64,000 bases of DNA from Mizuhopecten yessoensis (Eukaryota), in the NCBI RefSeq assembly GCF_002113885.1, contig NW_018405113.1, forward strand, positions 3,026 through 67,025, written 5' to 3'. The translations under genes were made by a program, and so were the position numbers. Below the pieces are notes generated by a model. That model saw nothing but the letters and a program-made list of their open reading frames with translations. It was not told the DNA's origin and searched no databases. Of the stretch, positions 27,701 through 42,700 are shown piece after piece. Within the stretch, counting starts at the first letter, position 1, and every line of letters begins with the position of its first letter.

Positions 27701-30700
27701 GATATGTCAGACAAAGAGGTAGTTCATGTAACACTTTCAATGACATGGGTGTTTCAGACAAACAGGTAGGTCATGTGACATATTGGAATGCCAGGTGTGT
27801 CGGGGGAAAGGTCATGTGGCTTTACCACATCTACAGCAGTGACTTGTATTGCAATTTAACATGGAAACTTTCAGAACACTTATTTTCATAATTGTGGACA
27901 TAAGGCATCTGCTATTGTTAAAACAAATTGAGAAACCAGCATAGTTTATTTATGAGAAGAAACTTGTAAAGTACCCTAATATTCCTATGTTACAGCGGTG
28001 ACCATGCAATCAATACAGGAACTGCTTCCAGCATTCTGGAGTACTACGATGGTATGATAAACCTAACATACACAAATGGACAGGTGTACAACAGCCATCC
28101 TCCAGTTCCACGGAAGACAGAGATTGTGTTCCTATGTGACACAAGTGCTGGCAAAGGCAAGCCCTCGTTTATTTCAGAGAGTTCCTGGGGATACAGTTTT
28201 GAGTGGTACACAGCCTATGCTTGTCCGAATGAGCCAGTCGAATGTACGGTCACAGACCCAGCACGCAAGCAACAGTATGATCTGTCTAGGTAAACATTCC
28301 AGTTCCGTCTTAAATATGAAATATGCAGCATATATAGATGTCATTTTGGCATTTGTTCATTCTCTTTTATCAAGGTACAAGGTGCAAAGTACAAAAAGTA
28401 GGTCAATGTGACCTATGCTTTGACCTTTGAGGTCAACCCTTTGAAATAGTTTGTGTGGGGCTTAACTTCTATCCTTTTTCACATGAATTAACTAGATATG
28501 GTATATATGCTAGTACATCTTTTGATGGTAAAGTGTCAAGTACAAAAAGTAGGTTACTGTTACCTATGCTTTGACCTCTGACCTTATCACTTGAAAAAAA
28601 GTTTGTCTTAGGCATATCTTTTATACTGATTCATCTGATGTAACCAGATTTAGTGTGGCTGGCATAGTGTGGAGTGCAAGAAGTATGTCACTGTGACATA
28701 TATCCCAAGATAGGTGTACAGCTGGGTGAATAAATAACTTATTACCGATAGGGAACTATGGATTGCCTTGCTATACTTTGACTTGTTCATTTTTTAATGT
28801 TCTCAAACTATTCCTACAGCTTTTGGTGAAGGCAGCAACTCTAGTTGTACTTATTCTAAGATCTATTAACCCTTTCACCCCTATGTAACTTTAGTAGACT
28901 CTACCATGCATTGATATGGAGGGGTCCATTATGGTCTACAGCGGTGAAGGAGTTAACTGATATATTACAGGTGTTGGATATTCAATGAAAATAGTGTTAA
29001 CTTTTGAGTTTTAAATGGATTTCTGATGTTATGTTCAGGGTTCATCACCCCTATGCAATTAACAAAATTGTATTCATGTATGTCTGTCATGGAATACAAG
29101 CATATGAACACGTGAAGAGTATTGACACTGGCATGTTTATTTCGAGTATTTGAGTAAAAGAATCTTGCATGGGTGTGATGCATGGACAAGGAAATCTCGA
29201 CAAAGCCTTGTGCTGGATAGCCAAACTCTTACCCTCATGTTGAGATATCCCCGTCTATGGACCACACCCATGTAAGATTCTTTTAATCCAGAATGTCTAT
29301 ACGATGTGTTGTGTGCCACACATATAGGTCTGTGCCCCAAGATCAAGGTTTCATAAAAGTTCAGAGAGGCCTATCTAAAGATTAGACATACCAAGTTAAA
29401 CCTTTCAAGACAATAAACCATATTCTGTATAATCAAGACTCCTGTATAACCCAGAACTTTAGTAAGACCCTGCTGTTTACACCTTTATTTTTCTGGAACT
29501 GTTCGATGTAGTTTGCTCCTGGCAGGTTTTACTGTACTAGTGTAATTACTATGGTAGTCAATTGCATTTTCAGCTTATCCAAGTCAGTGAGTCAGGACAA
29601 CTGGGAGTTATTGGACGACAGTGACCCCAAAAACAAGCTCAAGTACTACATCAATGTGTGTCGTCCACTCAGCGAGGTACACGTAGGCAAGGGCTGCTCA
29701 ACCTTTGGGTCAGCATGTCGCACATCCTACAAAACTGGACAGGTAACAGCACATTGTCTTGTACTTGTACCAAAGTTTAAGGGCGGTTTAACTGCATTTA
29801 GTAGCACTTGCTTAGGCAGGAAATAATTTCTGCAGATTATTGTTTATAATTTTTGAGGTTGCTTGAACACCCTATATAGTATTCTAGTAGCAAAGCTACA
29901 TACAGATGTATTTCACAAAGAGGACCTTTTTTTATAAACAATCCTAGTTTATTCGACAGTAAAGCACAAAAGGCTGTTCAAGAATTAATTGTATGGGAGA
30001 ACATCGGTTAGTTAGAAAAGTGACATTTACAGAAAAATGACCTATTGCTCTCCAATGGCATGTTAAAATTTAAACTACCCCCCCCCCCCTTCGTATAATT
30101 TATCGAGGAACAGCCCTAACTGTATTACAGTTATGTTAGTTTTTTAGTTTTGTCTTTTTCTCATGTTGTTCTTTCGACCTTGACAGGAGGCTGTGGACAT
30201 AGCAGATTTAGGAAGTGTGGTGTCGCCACCGGTCGTGGAGAGGGAGGGTCAGCTGTCACTCAAATACCGTACCAAAGACAAGATCTGTGACGACATTAAT
30301 GGCAATGGCAAGACGACTATCACCACATCCATACATTTCATCTGTAGTCGAGGCGCTATGGTGAGTGGGTCCAGGATATGGTCTATAGAGGGATACGAAA
30401 GTGGACGTTTGAACCTAAGGTCAAGGTCGCTTACTTAAATAGAAAATACATTATATTGCCTTTTTGACTAACCAGTGTTAAATTTGGTAATATTAGGTGG
30501 ATATCCTACATGAAAAATGCCATATTAGCAGGATCCCAAAATACATGTTGGCTAAGACATGTATGGCCATAACTTTTGTTTTATTGATACTATTTTGTTC
30601 AGAGTTGGTGGTGGAAAGTGGTACTTAGAGGATGGTGTATATGGTGAAAAAACAAAAGATATTATCCTGATCCTATCAAACAAGATGGCCACCATGGCTT

Positions 30701-33700
30701 CCGATTGGCTTAGACCTTTCGGGTTATAGCTTCTGTTCTGCTGGTCTGGTTTTGTTCATACTTGGTGGTTACTGGTGCTGTTAAGATTACATACATGTGA
30801 AAGTCTTCATTATCAATATTTCAGAATCTAAATGAAACACACACAGTCTATAATTTCATCATAGACCAAAAATGTTTTGGTTTTGATAAAACATTAAGAT
30901 GACAGGTACAGAGCCAATTATATTTCAATTGTTTTGCAGTACAACTGTACTAGATTTACCATGGGTTTGTATTTATGAAACCGTTCTCATGCTCAAGTTT
31001 GAACTTTGTGGTCAAACCTTATTTCTTGTTCTGGTTATAACTTAATAGATAAATCTTATTTTGTCAATTATTTGGAAACATTTTGAAGAGACTTAAAGCC
31101 AAATACTGTTGTCAATGTTTACATTTGACTTTTTGATCGTTTGACATGATCTAAGTGAGTTACAAGAAAGTTGGTTTGAGCACAAAATCCATGCTTGAGC
31201 ATGAGAACGGTTTCATGAATACGGGCCCTGTTACAGTTTACCTAATTGTTATGTTTACAGGTGACTGGGCCAAGCACTGTGACAAAGTTAGGTAACTGTG
31301 ATTATGTATACATGTGGGCCACAGAGGCTGCCTGTCCTCTAGAGATGACAGAAGCAACCACCAACTGTTCTGTCAAGGACCGTAACTCTGATTATGTCTT
31401 CAACCTTGGCCTCCTCACCAGAAAGAGTGATACTGACTACTATGACGTCAAGGACGGAGCCTATCAATTCAGAGTGAGTTTCCTTCATTCTCATGTCTCT
31501 CCCCTCCTGTAAATCATTCAAAAACCAAAATGGTGTGGTAGAGATCCCATTCCACGGTCAGTGCTAGGTATCAAGGGTAATAACTCTGCAAAAAACAATC
31601 AGCAGATTGTTTTGTTCGATTTTAATAAACATTCGTCAATTGAATTTGAACACGCATGTAAATTCGGTTATGTAGATATTTGTCTTTTGATATTACTTTA
31701 ACATATCCAATTGCGAACTTCATGTTTGTATTTGTAAACATCATTTCTTGTACAAGTTTACATTTCAGCCTTCTTTGATCTAAAACATATAACTTTTTTT
31801 ATACGTACCACAATTAAATTAAGGGGGGTATACTGGAATCACCCTGTCTGTCTGGTTGTCTGTCTGGATGTCTGTCTGTCGTCCAGAGTAACTTGTCTGC
31901 AAAACTCCATCTTAACTAACAGACAGATTTGATTGAAACTTCACTTGAATAATCAGTATATTATGAAGTTGTGCACTGGCATTTTAATTTCAGATTTCAA
32001 AACTTTTTAAGGGAGTTATGGCCCTTTATGCAAAATAACTTGTCTGGAAACCCCAAGGTCAAGGTCACTAAATGATGTATAAACTACCAACATCTGGGGG
32101 GGGGGTATTAGTTATCCTCAAGATGACAGTTCTAGTTTTTGATTATCCTGAAAGTTAAACATCACTTCTTTAGTCGATGTTATAATGTTATTAAGATCTG
32201 TGTTACAACATTTGACATCATCAACCCTAAGTCATTCTGTACAGAACTGATCACTCCCAATCACAAGGGTATTAGTATCTTCTTTGTTACAATAACCAGT
32301 ATCATGTTTCAGATCAGTATCATCAACCCTAAGTCGCTCTGTATACTACTGATAACTCCCAATCACGAGGGTATTAGTATCTTCTTCTTTGTAACAAAGG
32401 TGCAATCATCCCAGATTGCACACTCCGGAAGTAACTGAAAATCTGTTAAAAATAGCCAAAACCCTGATTTGGTACATCTCCCGCATTGGGGTCGATTTAG
32501 CCCCAGATATTGAAAGTTACCCTTCATTAAACCCTAAAAAATCACCAACTTTACAAAGTATCTCTATTGTTGTTAAGTTCATTGCCAATTTCCCTGGACA
32601 AAATCCCGGTGATTTTTTTTTCACTAATTTGTGATATGGAATGAGGGAGATCTCCCTCATTGGAGGTTTCAGAGGTTGACACCTATGTTGTTACAACAAC
32701 CAGTATCATGTTTCAGATCAACATCTGCGGAGTCATGTCACCGACTCATTGTCCTCATGTGGAGGGTAAGGCTATGTCCTTATGTCGTCTGCTCCCCAAC
32801 TCCTCCACCGAGGGCCTCAGCTTCCTCAAATACACCCTCGACTATGATGACGATGGCAAACTGATGCTGAAATATGAAGGCAAACGACTGGACAGTGGTA
32901 CGGAATCTGACTTAATCATTGAATGGAGAAATTTGGAAACTTTTGTTCAATATCTATATTTGGACCATGGTCTTAGTGATGCCTTGTAAAGTACTGACAG
33001 ACATATATATGAACACTTTGAGGTTTTAGCTGTTTACCAGGAAAGTATTTGTTTGCTTATGCAAAACCAATTCATTGCTTTCCTTGATATGGAATTCTCT
33101 TTTGAACTGTCTTTACAAAAAGTAATGATCAAGTTTTATATATGGCCTCCTTGTGTGGCTTTGAAGAGTTATATAAGCATGGGAAACATACAAAAATGTA
33201 AAGTTCTTGTTCTTCCAGGGATAAGGATAGAGGTCAGGGTTCTGTTCCTCTGCCGACAAAATGTGGATATTGGTGAGCCTAAGTTTGACCGAGTGGACGA
33301 GGGATACAAGTACATATTTACATTTGAGACATCACTAGCGTGTAAACCTGACCCAATAGATTGCTTGGCTGAAGATATCCATGGAAACCGTTTTGACCTG
33401 AGTCCGCTGGCACGTGGTGCCGGCGACACAAACTGGCAGGTGACAGACACTCATAGTGACCATAAAAATACCTATCACATCAATGTTTGTCGACCAATCA
33501 ACACAGCCGGTACCTCCTGCCAAGGTGTGTTAAAAGAACATAAAATGAAACTTAATTTAAGTGTACTGATAGATCTAAATTTTAGAATAGTTCTATTTTT
33601 CTCACTGTTATCGATATATATTTTCTGTCAGAGATAATGGTTTTCTGTAATTTATATTCCATGAGCTGTTCATTTGCTCTGTCAAGTTAAATTTCTTCGC

Positions 33701-36700
33701 ATGAATTCTGGTGAATTTATGAAAGGAATTCACAGGAAATTATATCGCTTAAATGATCTTTTTTAAGGGACATCAAAATGTTTTTGTCTGTTCAACTGAA
33801 CATAATTTTTAATGAATAATATGATTACGTTCTTGAAATTATATAATTAATATACACAGAATTAAGTTATTTATATTAGTCCTGTCTGGTGATTGGTTTG
33901 CAGACATGATGTCATGTGTCATTACTGTTGCCAGGTGGACCAATCGGAGGGTGTGGGGTGTCCAGCATTGGCGATAGCTTCAACATGGGCTACATACATT
34001 CTCAACCCATCGCAGCCGAGGACGGGACCGTCACACTTCACTATCGCAACGGAGACATCTGTAACAAAAACAAAACCAATGAATCCCGATACAGTACAAG
34101 GATTCTGTTCTCCTGCTCAGGGGTTGAGGTAGGTGGTATCCATGACAACAGCTAATGGCTTCTGTGTAGAAGGGGTTCTGGTACATTGTATCCATGAAGG
34201 CAGCAACATCAACTTTCCTTGTGAAGTTTAGAACTTCCTTGTTGGAAGAAGATTGTTTTAGTATTTTAACCCTAAAAGGTTACACATGGCAGATCTAGAT
34301 GCTTTCATTTGTGCCCAACAGGGTTGTAAATAAATTAGTAAACCAATAAGTTTCAAAGTGCTCCAAAACCTCTATGATTTTGCCACAGTAAGTTACATGT
34401 ATTTTTGTTCATGTACTTTTCTTTATAAGGGGAAATTAGTTTCAAATTGTCATTTGTAGCATCATACATGTATGATGTTTTGTGAAAAAAGTAAGTCTTG
34501 TCTTCTGTAGGGTATTCAGCATTTAATAACTTGATAATGCTTTCTCGTCAGATGTTAGACTATATTTGAATAATTATGTTTACTTTAAAGATTTTTGCAA
34601 AGTAAAACTTCACTAATCCAATACAATTTTGGCATTATTATAAAGAGGTTTGGTGATATATTGGGGAGGATATGATAAAAGATTAACCCTTCACAAATGC
34701 TGGTGGAAAACGAGGTGTTTATTTTTGGATTTATACACAACATACAAGATAAAGCGTAAATAATTCTAAAACTGGTTTATTAAAATTTAGTTTCTTGAGT
34801 ATAACAAATCTAAACTGTGGCTCTTCTCACCATTTGATAATCTTTTACATAATAGAAACTAGAAACATAATGCAATGTCACATGCATGTATCTTGTAAAT
34901 TGCACCATTACCAAAAAAAACAATCTTATAGTAAGTAAAAATTAAACTTAAGAAAGTATGCCTTTAAAGAAAGAGTAGTCAACCATTGGAACTCACTGCC
35001 AAACCACGTCGTCACATCACCAACACTAAAAACGTTTGAAGCCCGACTGGATAAGCACTGGGGAAAACCAGAATGCTATTATAACCATGAAATTGATAAT
35101 AATGAACTTATTAACTGTCGGGGTGTCAGCTTAGAGTCTGACGATACACCTGATCTGGATATATAGGCATATGCCTGCGTCCAGTACTATTATATTATAT
35201 ATTATTATATTATATTATTATACCAAATTATCCAATAACTGTGTGATGTTAATAAAAGCCAAGAATAATTATTATCTGAATGGGGAAAAGAATTCCCTTG
35301 AATTCTAATGGCCAAATGAATGAATTTATGCTTGCATAAATGAGCGAGAGCCCCAAGAATTTTGGATACGTTTTAACTATGTGTATTTGTTTTCTCTCCA
35401 GCGCAACCCAACCTTTATGGGCAAGACTGACAGCTGTGAGTACTTGTTCAGCTGGCAGACTCCCTTTGCCTGTCCCATGAAGAAGGTATGCTAAACTGGA
35501 ATTAGCTATAACACACGAAACTTTTTTTATCTAACCATGTTATAAACAAGACAAACAACAAAATAAAGAAATGGTGACAAAAGCAAGTGTTTAGACACTT
35601 AATTGGCTCTGTGTATGACAATACCTCATTATCTTTTACTCGAGATGTTGGTTCATGATTTGAAATAGCAACATTAAGTTCTAAATATACTTATTACTGG
35701 AGTCAACGTTAGTATTATTTAATCGCTGCTGTGCAGTACTAAGTTGTACTGTCAAATAGAAACAATGTCATTTTGAATTGCATTCAAATAGAATTTCATT
35801 CAAAACATGTATGATTAAACTTTGCCTTTCCACCACTGTTGAAAAACAAATTATGATATTTACTCTGATCGCTTTCTTCAAAACATGTTATAAGTCTAAG
35901 GTAAGTTTAACCCTTTCACCACTGTGGACCATAATAGACTCATCCAGATCAATGCATGGTAGAGTTTACTAAAGTTACCTAGGGGTGAAAGGGTTAAAGA
36001 TTATACTGTTACAGTTTACAGTGACAATGAAAAAACCCACAGATGACCTCTGTGTTTAGTACAAGTATGGCGACAAACTTTTGCCTCCTGGTAAACCAGG
36101 CCCGATACAGAAAACAAAGGACCCTGATCTAAAGCTTCTTTGATTTCTTTTAACTATCCATCAATTGATATATGCATTACAGGGGTATATGAATTGTCCC
36201 TAGAAAGTTGTTTTAATTCACACGGTGTGGGATACCAATAGAATCAAGGCATAGGAAAATCTGTAAAAAAGTTGAATAATAGAAAAAAATATTCTGAGTA
36301 TTTAAGGATTGAATTCTGTTTTGTTGAGGTTTATGGGGTATAAACCTCAATTGGTCTTGAGACAAATTTTATGAACTGCAAAGCAAATGGGATTCTATCC
36401 TTATATTTACATTCAGAGCGATATTGATATTTGTTCGGATAATTTCTAAAATTTTGGTCTTGTGCAAGTCTAACACAACAGAAGGTATCAAAACTTATGA
36501 CCTCATCTCTCACTTTGAGACGTCGTCCTGGTAAGATGAATAATCAAATTAAGATGTAAATAATTTTTTTAATTCAATTGAATACTTCTGAAAAAAAAAA
36601 AAAAAAATGAAAACAATCTATGAATGGAACTACTTCCCGCATTCCGCGGAATAACAGAGTAATCAGGTTGATAATATGCTGATGTATTCATACTCCAACT

Positions 36701-39700
36701 GAAAAGTTCATTGAAAAATAACCTTTAAAATGTTTAGTAGGTATATTGAGTCCAAGTTCAGTAGAAATGTAAATATATACATATGAATCATTCGAAAGCT
36801 GCTAAGATGACCAATCACTTCATTAACCAATCAGTGAACAGCTGTACCTAATTTGGGTGACTGACCAGTTATATCCTCCCGTTAACCACTGATTAATGAT
36901 TTCTCCCATTGGTCCTTGTTCTCTCTCAATATCTGAAGGACCTTCTTAGACTGCAAGTCCTTGTACATTAACAACACTCACTCACATCAATCATTCAATT
37001 AAAATAAGCTGTGAGGTGACAAAAAACTTACATCTTAGATAAGATAAGTATAGTCAAATCTGGATTAGGAGACTATCCAAGGGAAGGCTAAAGGTCATCT
37101 ATCAATAGAGTGTTATTATAAACTGCTTAGTGGGGTATACATAGAGAAAATGGTGGTCTCTTGAACACAGATTTGACTGAATTAAAGATAAAGTTAATAT
37201 TAACACAGTAAGACCGTATTCCTTTACTTCTTTGGTTGTAGCCTCATATTGGTTCAGACTGTAAGGTGCAGGATCCACTGGCGACCCACGAGTTTGATCT
37301 GAACCCTTTACGAAAGGCAACAGACTATAAAGTGCCAACACCAGACAACTATTTATACATCTTAAATGTGTGCGGCCCCTTACAGTCCACCACCGCATGT
37401 GGGGCAGACCAAGTCGGTATATGCCAGACCAAGCCCAGTAATGCAAGTTACAAGGTCAATGCAGGTTGGTAAATACTCTTTACCTCTAATTTTAACATTG
37501 TTAAGTTGCTGGAACCCAGCTAAAGTTTAATATGTTGGTAGATTCTGGGATATTGAACTTCGTAAATGAATTTAAATGAAATGAAACAGAAGTTTGTTGA
37601 ATGTTCAGTCATTATCTTGCTGTTTAAAATGGACCAGAATTTTTAAAGGTGAAGGTTGTTGAGTAAGTTGTTAACATGCAAGCTGACATATTTTCCATTT
37701 GTAGGAATGCCTTCCTCGGCTCTGCGCTACCAGACAGGGGTGATCACTCTGAAATATCTCAATGGAAAATCACCCTGCCATGGAAAATACAATCGCAGCA
37801 CCATCATTACGTTTCTATGTGACCACTCTACGAATGGATCAGCAGGACCGGTCTTTATTAAGGAGGAATCCGACTGTACTTACATGTTTGAGTGGAAAAC
37901 CAGTCTTGCTTGCCCTCCGTTTAAAGAAGAAGACTGTAGCATCACTGCCCCAAACCATAACCAGTATGATCTGAGCACGCTCGCCTTGACCAGTGATAAC
38001 TATGACTACCTTGATTATATTCATAATAAAAAGTTCATCATCAACGTATGCCGATCACTCGTCCACAAGAAAGGTACAGCCCTTATAGATCAAGGTTACT
38101 TTTTATAAGACCACAAAGCTAGAGTTCAATGCTATCATGCTGTCTGTCCCTTAACATCAATTTTTCATGAGTTATGCCTCTTTGCAACTTAGATTATTCT
38201 CTTAGCATAATTCTTTCTTGTAAGCACAAATAGAACACATTTTTCAAACCAAAATTAAGAATCTTCATATGTCAATCCAGATCCTGCATCAATTTTTACC
38301 CCCCCCCCCCATGAAAACAGAGAAGTTACAACATGCAATGTTGTAACTTCTCTGTTTTCATGCTCCTTAACACATGTTAAAAATGGCCACCCTGTCTGCT
38401 AAAGGTAACTGAAAAGATAGAGCAATTCCCTCCAATAAGAAATCTCTATTTTCTCATTCACACAAAGCAATTATAGTTATACTTTATTAAGAGACCATTT
38501 TTGTTTTGAGCCTTATAGATATAAACTTTATTTAACAACAATTATGAAACAGGTTATTTCAACTTATACTTATCACTCTTGTTGGCCCGGATGTTAGCGC
38601 ATGGGGGGTCTTAGTGTGGGAGAAAACCGGAGTACCCGGAGAAAACCCACGTGGTCAGGCAGGTGACCCCTACCTTTTCACGTCCGATCGGGAATCGAAC
38701 CCCAGCCGCCTTGGTGAAAAGCAAGTGCGCTATCCACTGCACCACCTGACCACCTGACCACCTGACCACCCTGACCACCACCTGACCACCCAATGAGCCT
38801 TCCCTTGGGTGGTCTATTAATACAGATTCAACTGTAGTTTCTATTATATGAGTATCTGAAAAGCAGGAGGTAATAATATGATTTCTTATAAATCTTTATC
38901 TTATTTGAGAATTTTGTTTCAAATCACATTGTAAATTGTTTTTCCATCAGATAGCTAGCCAGAGTTTTTTTTCTGCTAGCCAAGCATCCATAACACTCTA
39001 TAAAAGATTTTGTAAAGATTGTCCTTAAAAATATTTACAGATTCCTAAATTTTCTAATTACAGATCAGACATGTCCGTACAATGCCGCTGTATGTATGGT
39101 TGACCTGACCCAACAAAACGATACTCTAAGGTAATAATGGTGTCGTCTGCTCCGTATTTCTTCCATACTTATTATGATAAGTGTTGTATTAATATCTAAG
39201 ACAGATAACACTTGTGGTTCATTACTGTCCACCCTGTAATTGCAGGTTCCACAACCTGGGCGAGGTAAACAAGCACCAGGTGATCGTAGATAACGGACAG
39301 CTAGAACTCCATTACACCAATGGTGAACAGTGTTCCTCGGGCGGCAGAACCTCAACACGTATCATCATGTACTGCGACAAAACAACCCTGGTACTGCTTA
39401 TTGTGTTAGGATACTATCACATTATGTGTTAATTCCTATAATGCTATACATGAACTAATTTTCGGCAAAGTTTAATTTCCTTACTGTAGAGTTATGGTTA
39501 CAAACACTGACGCTGACTTTAGATAGGTGTAAAGCACCTACATGATGCAGACTATAATAAGCCTATTACTGAGTGGGATTTTCAGGATGGCGGCATGGGT
39601 ACATTCGCGTATCCGGTTGAAACGGTTGAACCGGTTGAACCTGTAAAGGAAACGACTGGCACAGATCTGGACCGAGGCTGACCTCAGGAAAATTTGGCAT

Positions 39701-42700
39701 GGGTAGATTGAGGGGTCCAGACGAACCTGACCGAAACTAAAATGCTGACTATTGCCAGTTTGTGTTATTTCTTTCTAAAACAATGTCAAGTCACATGTAA
39801 TTTTTAAGATACGTTATGTAATTTAGTGGACGCATGAGAGAAGGGCATAATATTCTTGATACATTGTTTTTTATTCTCCGAAACTGTGGATTTTTAGCTC
39901 TGCTTATAGAACAGTCCAAGTGTGTTCGTTTATTGTGGAAAATTTCTGCGCCCACGTACCGTTTCAACCGGGATACACGAATGTAGCCCATGTGTACCAC
40001 CTTTATATGTTCAGATGAATAAAATGCAGTATTGGATTTAATTGACATGTATTTGTTGAAGGCTTCAATGTTATAACACATTCAAAGTAATGTATTCTCG
40101 AGGATATTTAACGTAACTAATATTCAATTATTAAGTAAGCTCTTGTGTTAAAATATTGAAATAAATAAATTTATTGTCAAATTTCCGCACAAAGGAGCAT
40201 GAAAGTTTGTATTCTGTGAAATGTATTTGATTTGAGACAAATTTGTGAAAGCTTTGCTATTGAAATATTATCATCGGAAAATTCTGCAAATCATAACTTC
40301 ATGTCTGATTTTTGTTTGGTTTGCTATGGCTATAATGTTGAAAACCCTTGATTTCGTAATTGTGTTTAACATATTAATTCAAACAGTTTTCCCATCCGGT
40401 TGGCCATTTTACGGTGAACAATTGCGAGCATGAATTTACCTGGAGTACACAGGCTGCATGTCCCTTAAACACTGACCAAGACAGCGAGCAGACGGGCAAC
40501 TGTACCGCCAGGAATCCAGTCACAGGTAAAACATAGATTTTGTTTGCTTTTGTACAACAGGAAAAGTAAGTGTGGAATTAAATCACCTTTCTTGTAACAG
40601 ATCCTTCTCAACACAGCAGACACAGAACAATAATGATGTACTTCATACAACTTTGTATTTGGAATACAATCAAATCCGTGTATATATGGCTCATAGAGAG
40701 CAAATCAGTCTTTATACAGTCTTATTATGCGTTAACTCATTCACCCCTGAACTTTCATAATCAATTATTCCAACCTTTGAATTGGAAGAGTTCAAATGTG
40801 TCTTCAGGGGTGAATGAGTTAATGTACCTATTTTTTTCACATACATACTTTCCTGAATTGACATTTCCATACCTTTTCCCGAAAAAATCAATTGCATTCA
40901 CATATTTTTCTGTCTTACACTATGTATAAACGATTGTTAGCATGAAACTGAAAATTGGGAACAAAGCAAATTCCCATAGAAATATATGTGTTACATTTTC
41001 GCCAGTGAAATATCAGAAATTAGTTGTTTAATAAAAACATGTACCTGTGAAGATATATGAAAGGTTATATCTTTACATGTCAAGATATCACTTTTGATAT
41101 TGTTCAATCAGAACGGTACTTTCTTTTCACTGCATAGATTTTCAGTTTCAAGTTTAGATGAAGCAATAGAAGAATAAGAGGGTTTGACTCAAGTGACACT
41201 CAAGAACTTATAGATTTTTCCTCCAGAAATTATATTAAATACAAACAAGGTCACTACTGAGAATATATTGTTTCCTCTGTAAGATTCTTTGCCGTTAAGC
41301 AGTGTCATTTTGTTCCACAGGACATGTATTTGACCTCAGTTCCCTAAATAAAGGGACACCTTATAAAATTGACGACCATCGAGGCCACATCTTCAAACTC
41401 AATGTGTGTGGCAAAGTTACTGGCTCCGGATGTGCTGGAGTCTCAGGTGAGTTATAACATCTTAATATATTTTTACTTTATGTAATAAAGAAATAAGATA
41501 GAGCTAAAAAATGTTTTGTTAGATAAACTGTTGATTGCTTGAACCATTTTTAATGTTAAAATGTCCCTGCCGGCAGTAGATTTTCCTATCATTGGGTTTT
41601 TGTGTGAGGTCAGTAGCTTTTATTAACATGACCAGTGCCTATATAAGAATGAATAGAGTCATGTTAAAGTGGGCAGTTTTATGATATTTATGATGTTGTC
41701 AGTTTTGTGTTTTGCCGATATATAATTTATTTGTGATAACGTCACTTAGTTTTTGCTATGGTCAGTGTTATCAGGATAACATGGTTTTGTACTGTGATAG
41801 GTCACTGTTTGATTTGAGTTGTCTATTTCATTACGTGTCAAGTTTTTGCTATGGTCAGTGTTATCACACGGTTTTGTACTGAGAAAGGTCACTGTTTGAT
41901 TTGAGTTGTCTATTTTATTACGTGTCAAGTTTTTGCTATGGTCAGTGTTATCACACGGTTTTGTAGTGAGATAGGTCACTATCTTTGAGTTTGGAACATG
42001 TTTGTGGGTTTTTGAGTTTGGGACATGTTTGTGGGGTCAGTTTTGAGTGGTCCGGTGTCATTTAGAATGGTTATGTAATGCCACCTTTCTGTTAAAGTGG
42101 GAGCCTGCCAGGAAGAAGTGGCCGGAGACAAGAGGAACTTCAGTAGTGGGCTATACAACTCCAAGCTACAGTTTGACAATGGCGTCCTCGTGCTGAACTA
42201 TCATGGTGGTAAAGACTGCCATAATAAAATGTACAAACGCACAACCATCATCAACTTTGTCTGCTCCCAGACAGCCGGTGAGGGTAACCCGGTGTTTATA
42301 GATGAATCAGATGACTGCACTTACTATTTATCTTGGCATACCAGCCTCGCATGTGAAAAAGAGGTAACCAATCAGCACACTTAAACTTTATAAATCAGCC
42401 AATCAAATTGTTTAGTGCTCCAATATACCCTACTCAAAACAATTCTCTGTTCTAAGTTTGAACGAGGAGTGCTTATTCAAGTGTGAGTTTGTTTATACTT
42501 GTCATGTGACAGTTTGATTTAGGAGAGGTATTTGACTGCTCTGAGCTTGATTGAACTTATTATATCATATAGACATGTCAACATTATATAATGTTAATCA
42601 AAATTTGATTTTAATGTACACATTTACTATAATGTTACATTAACTGTACATAGATTACTTTCAACAATTAAGTTATCACTGATTACCTGGCTGTACAGGA

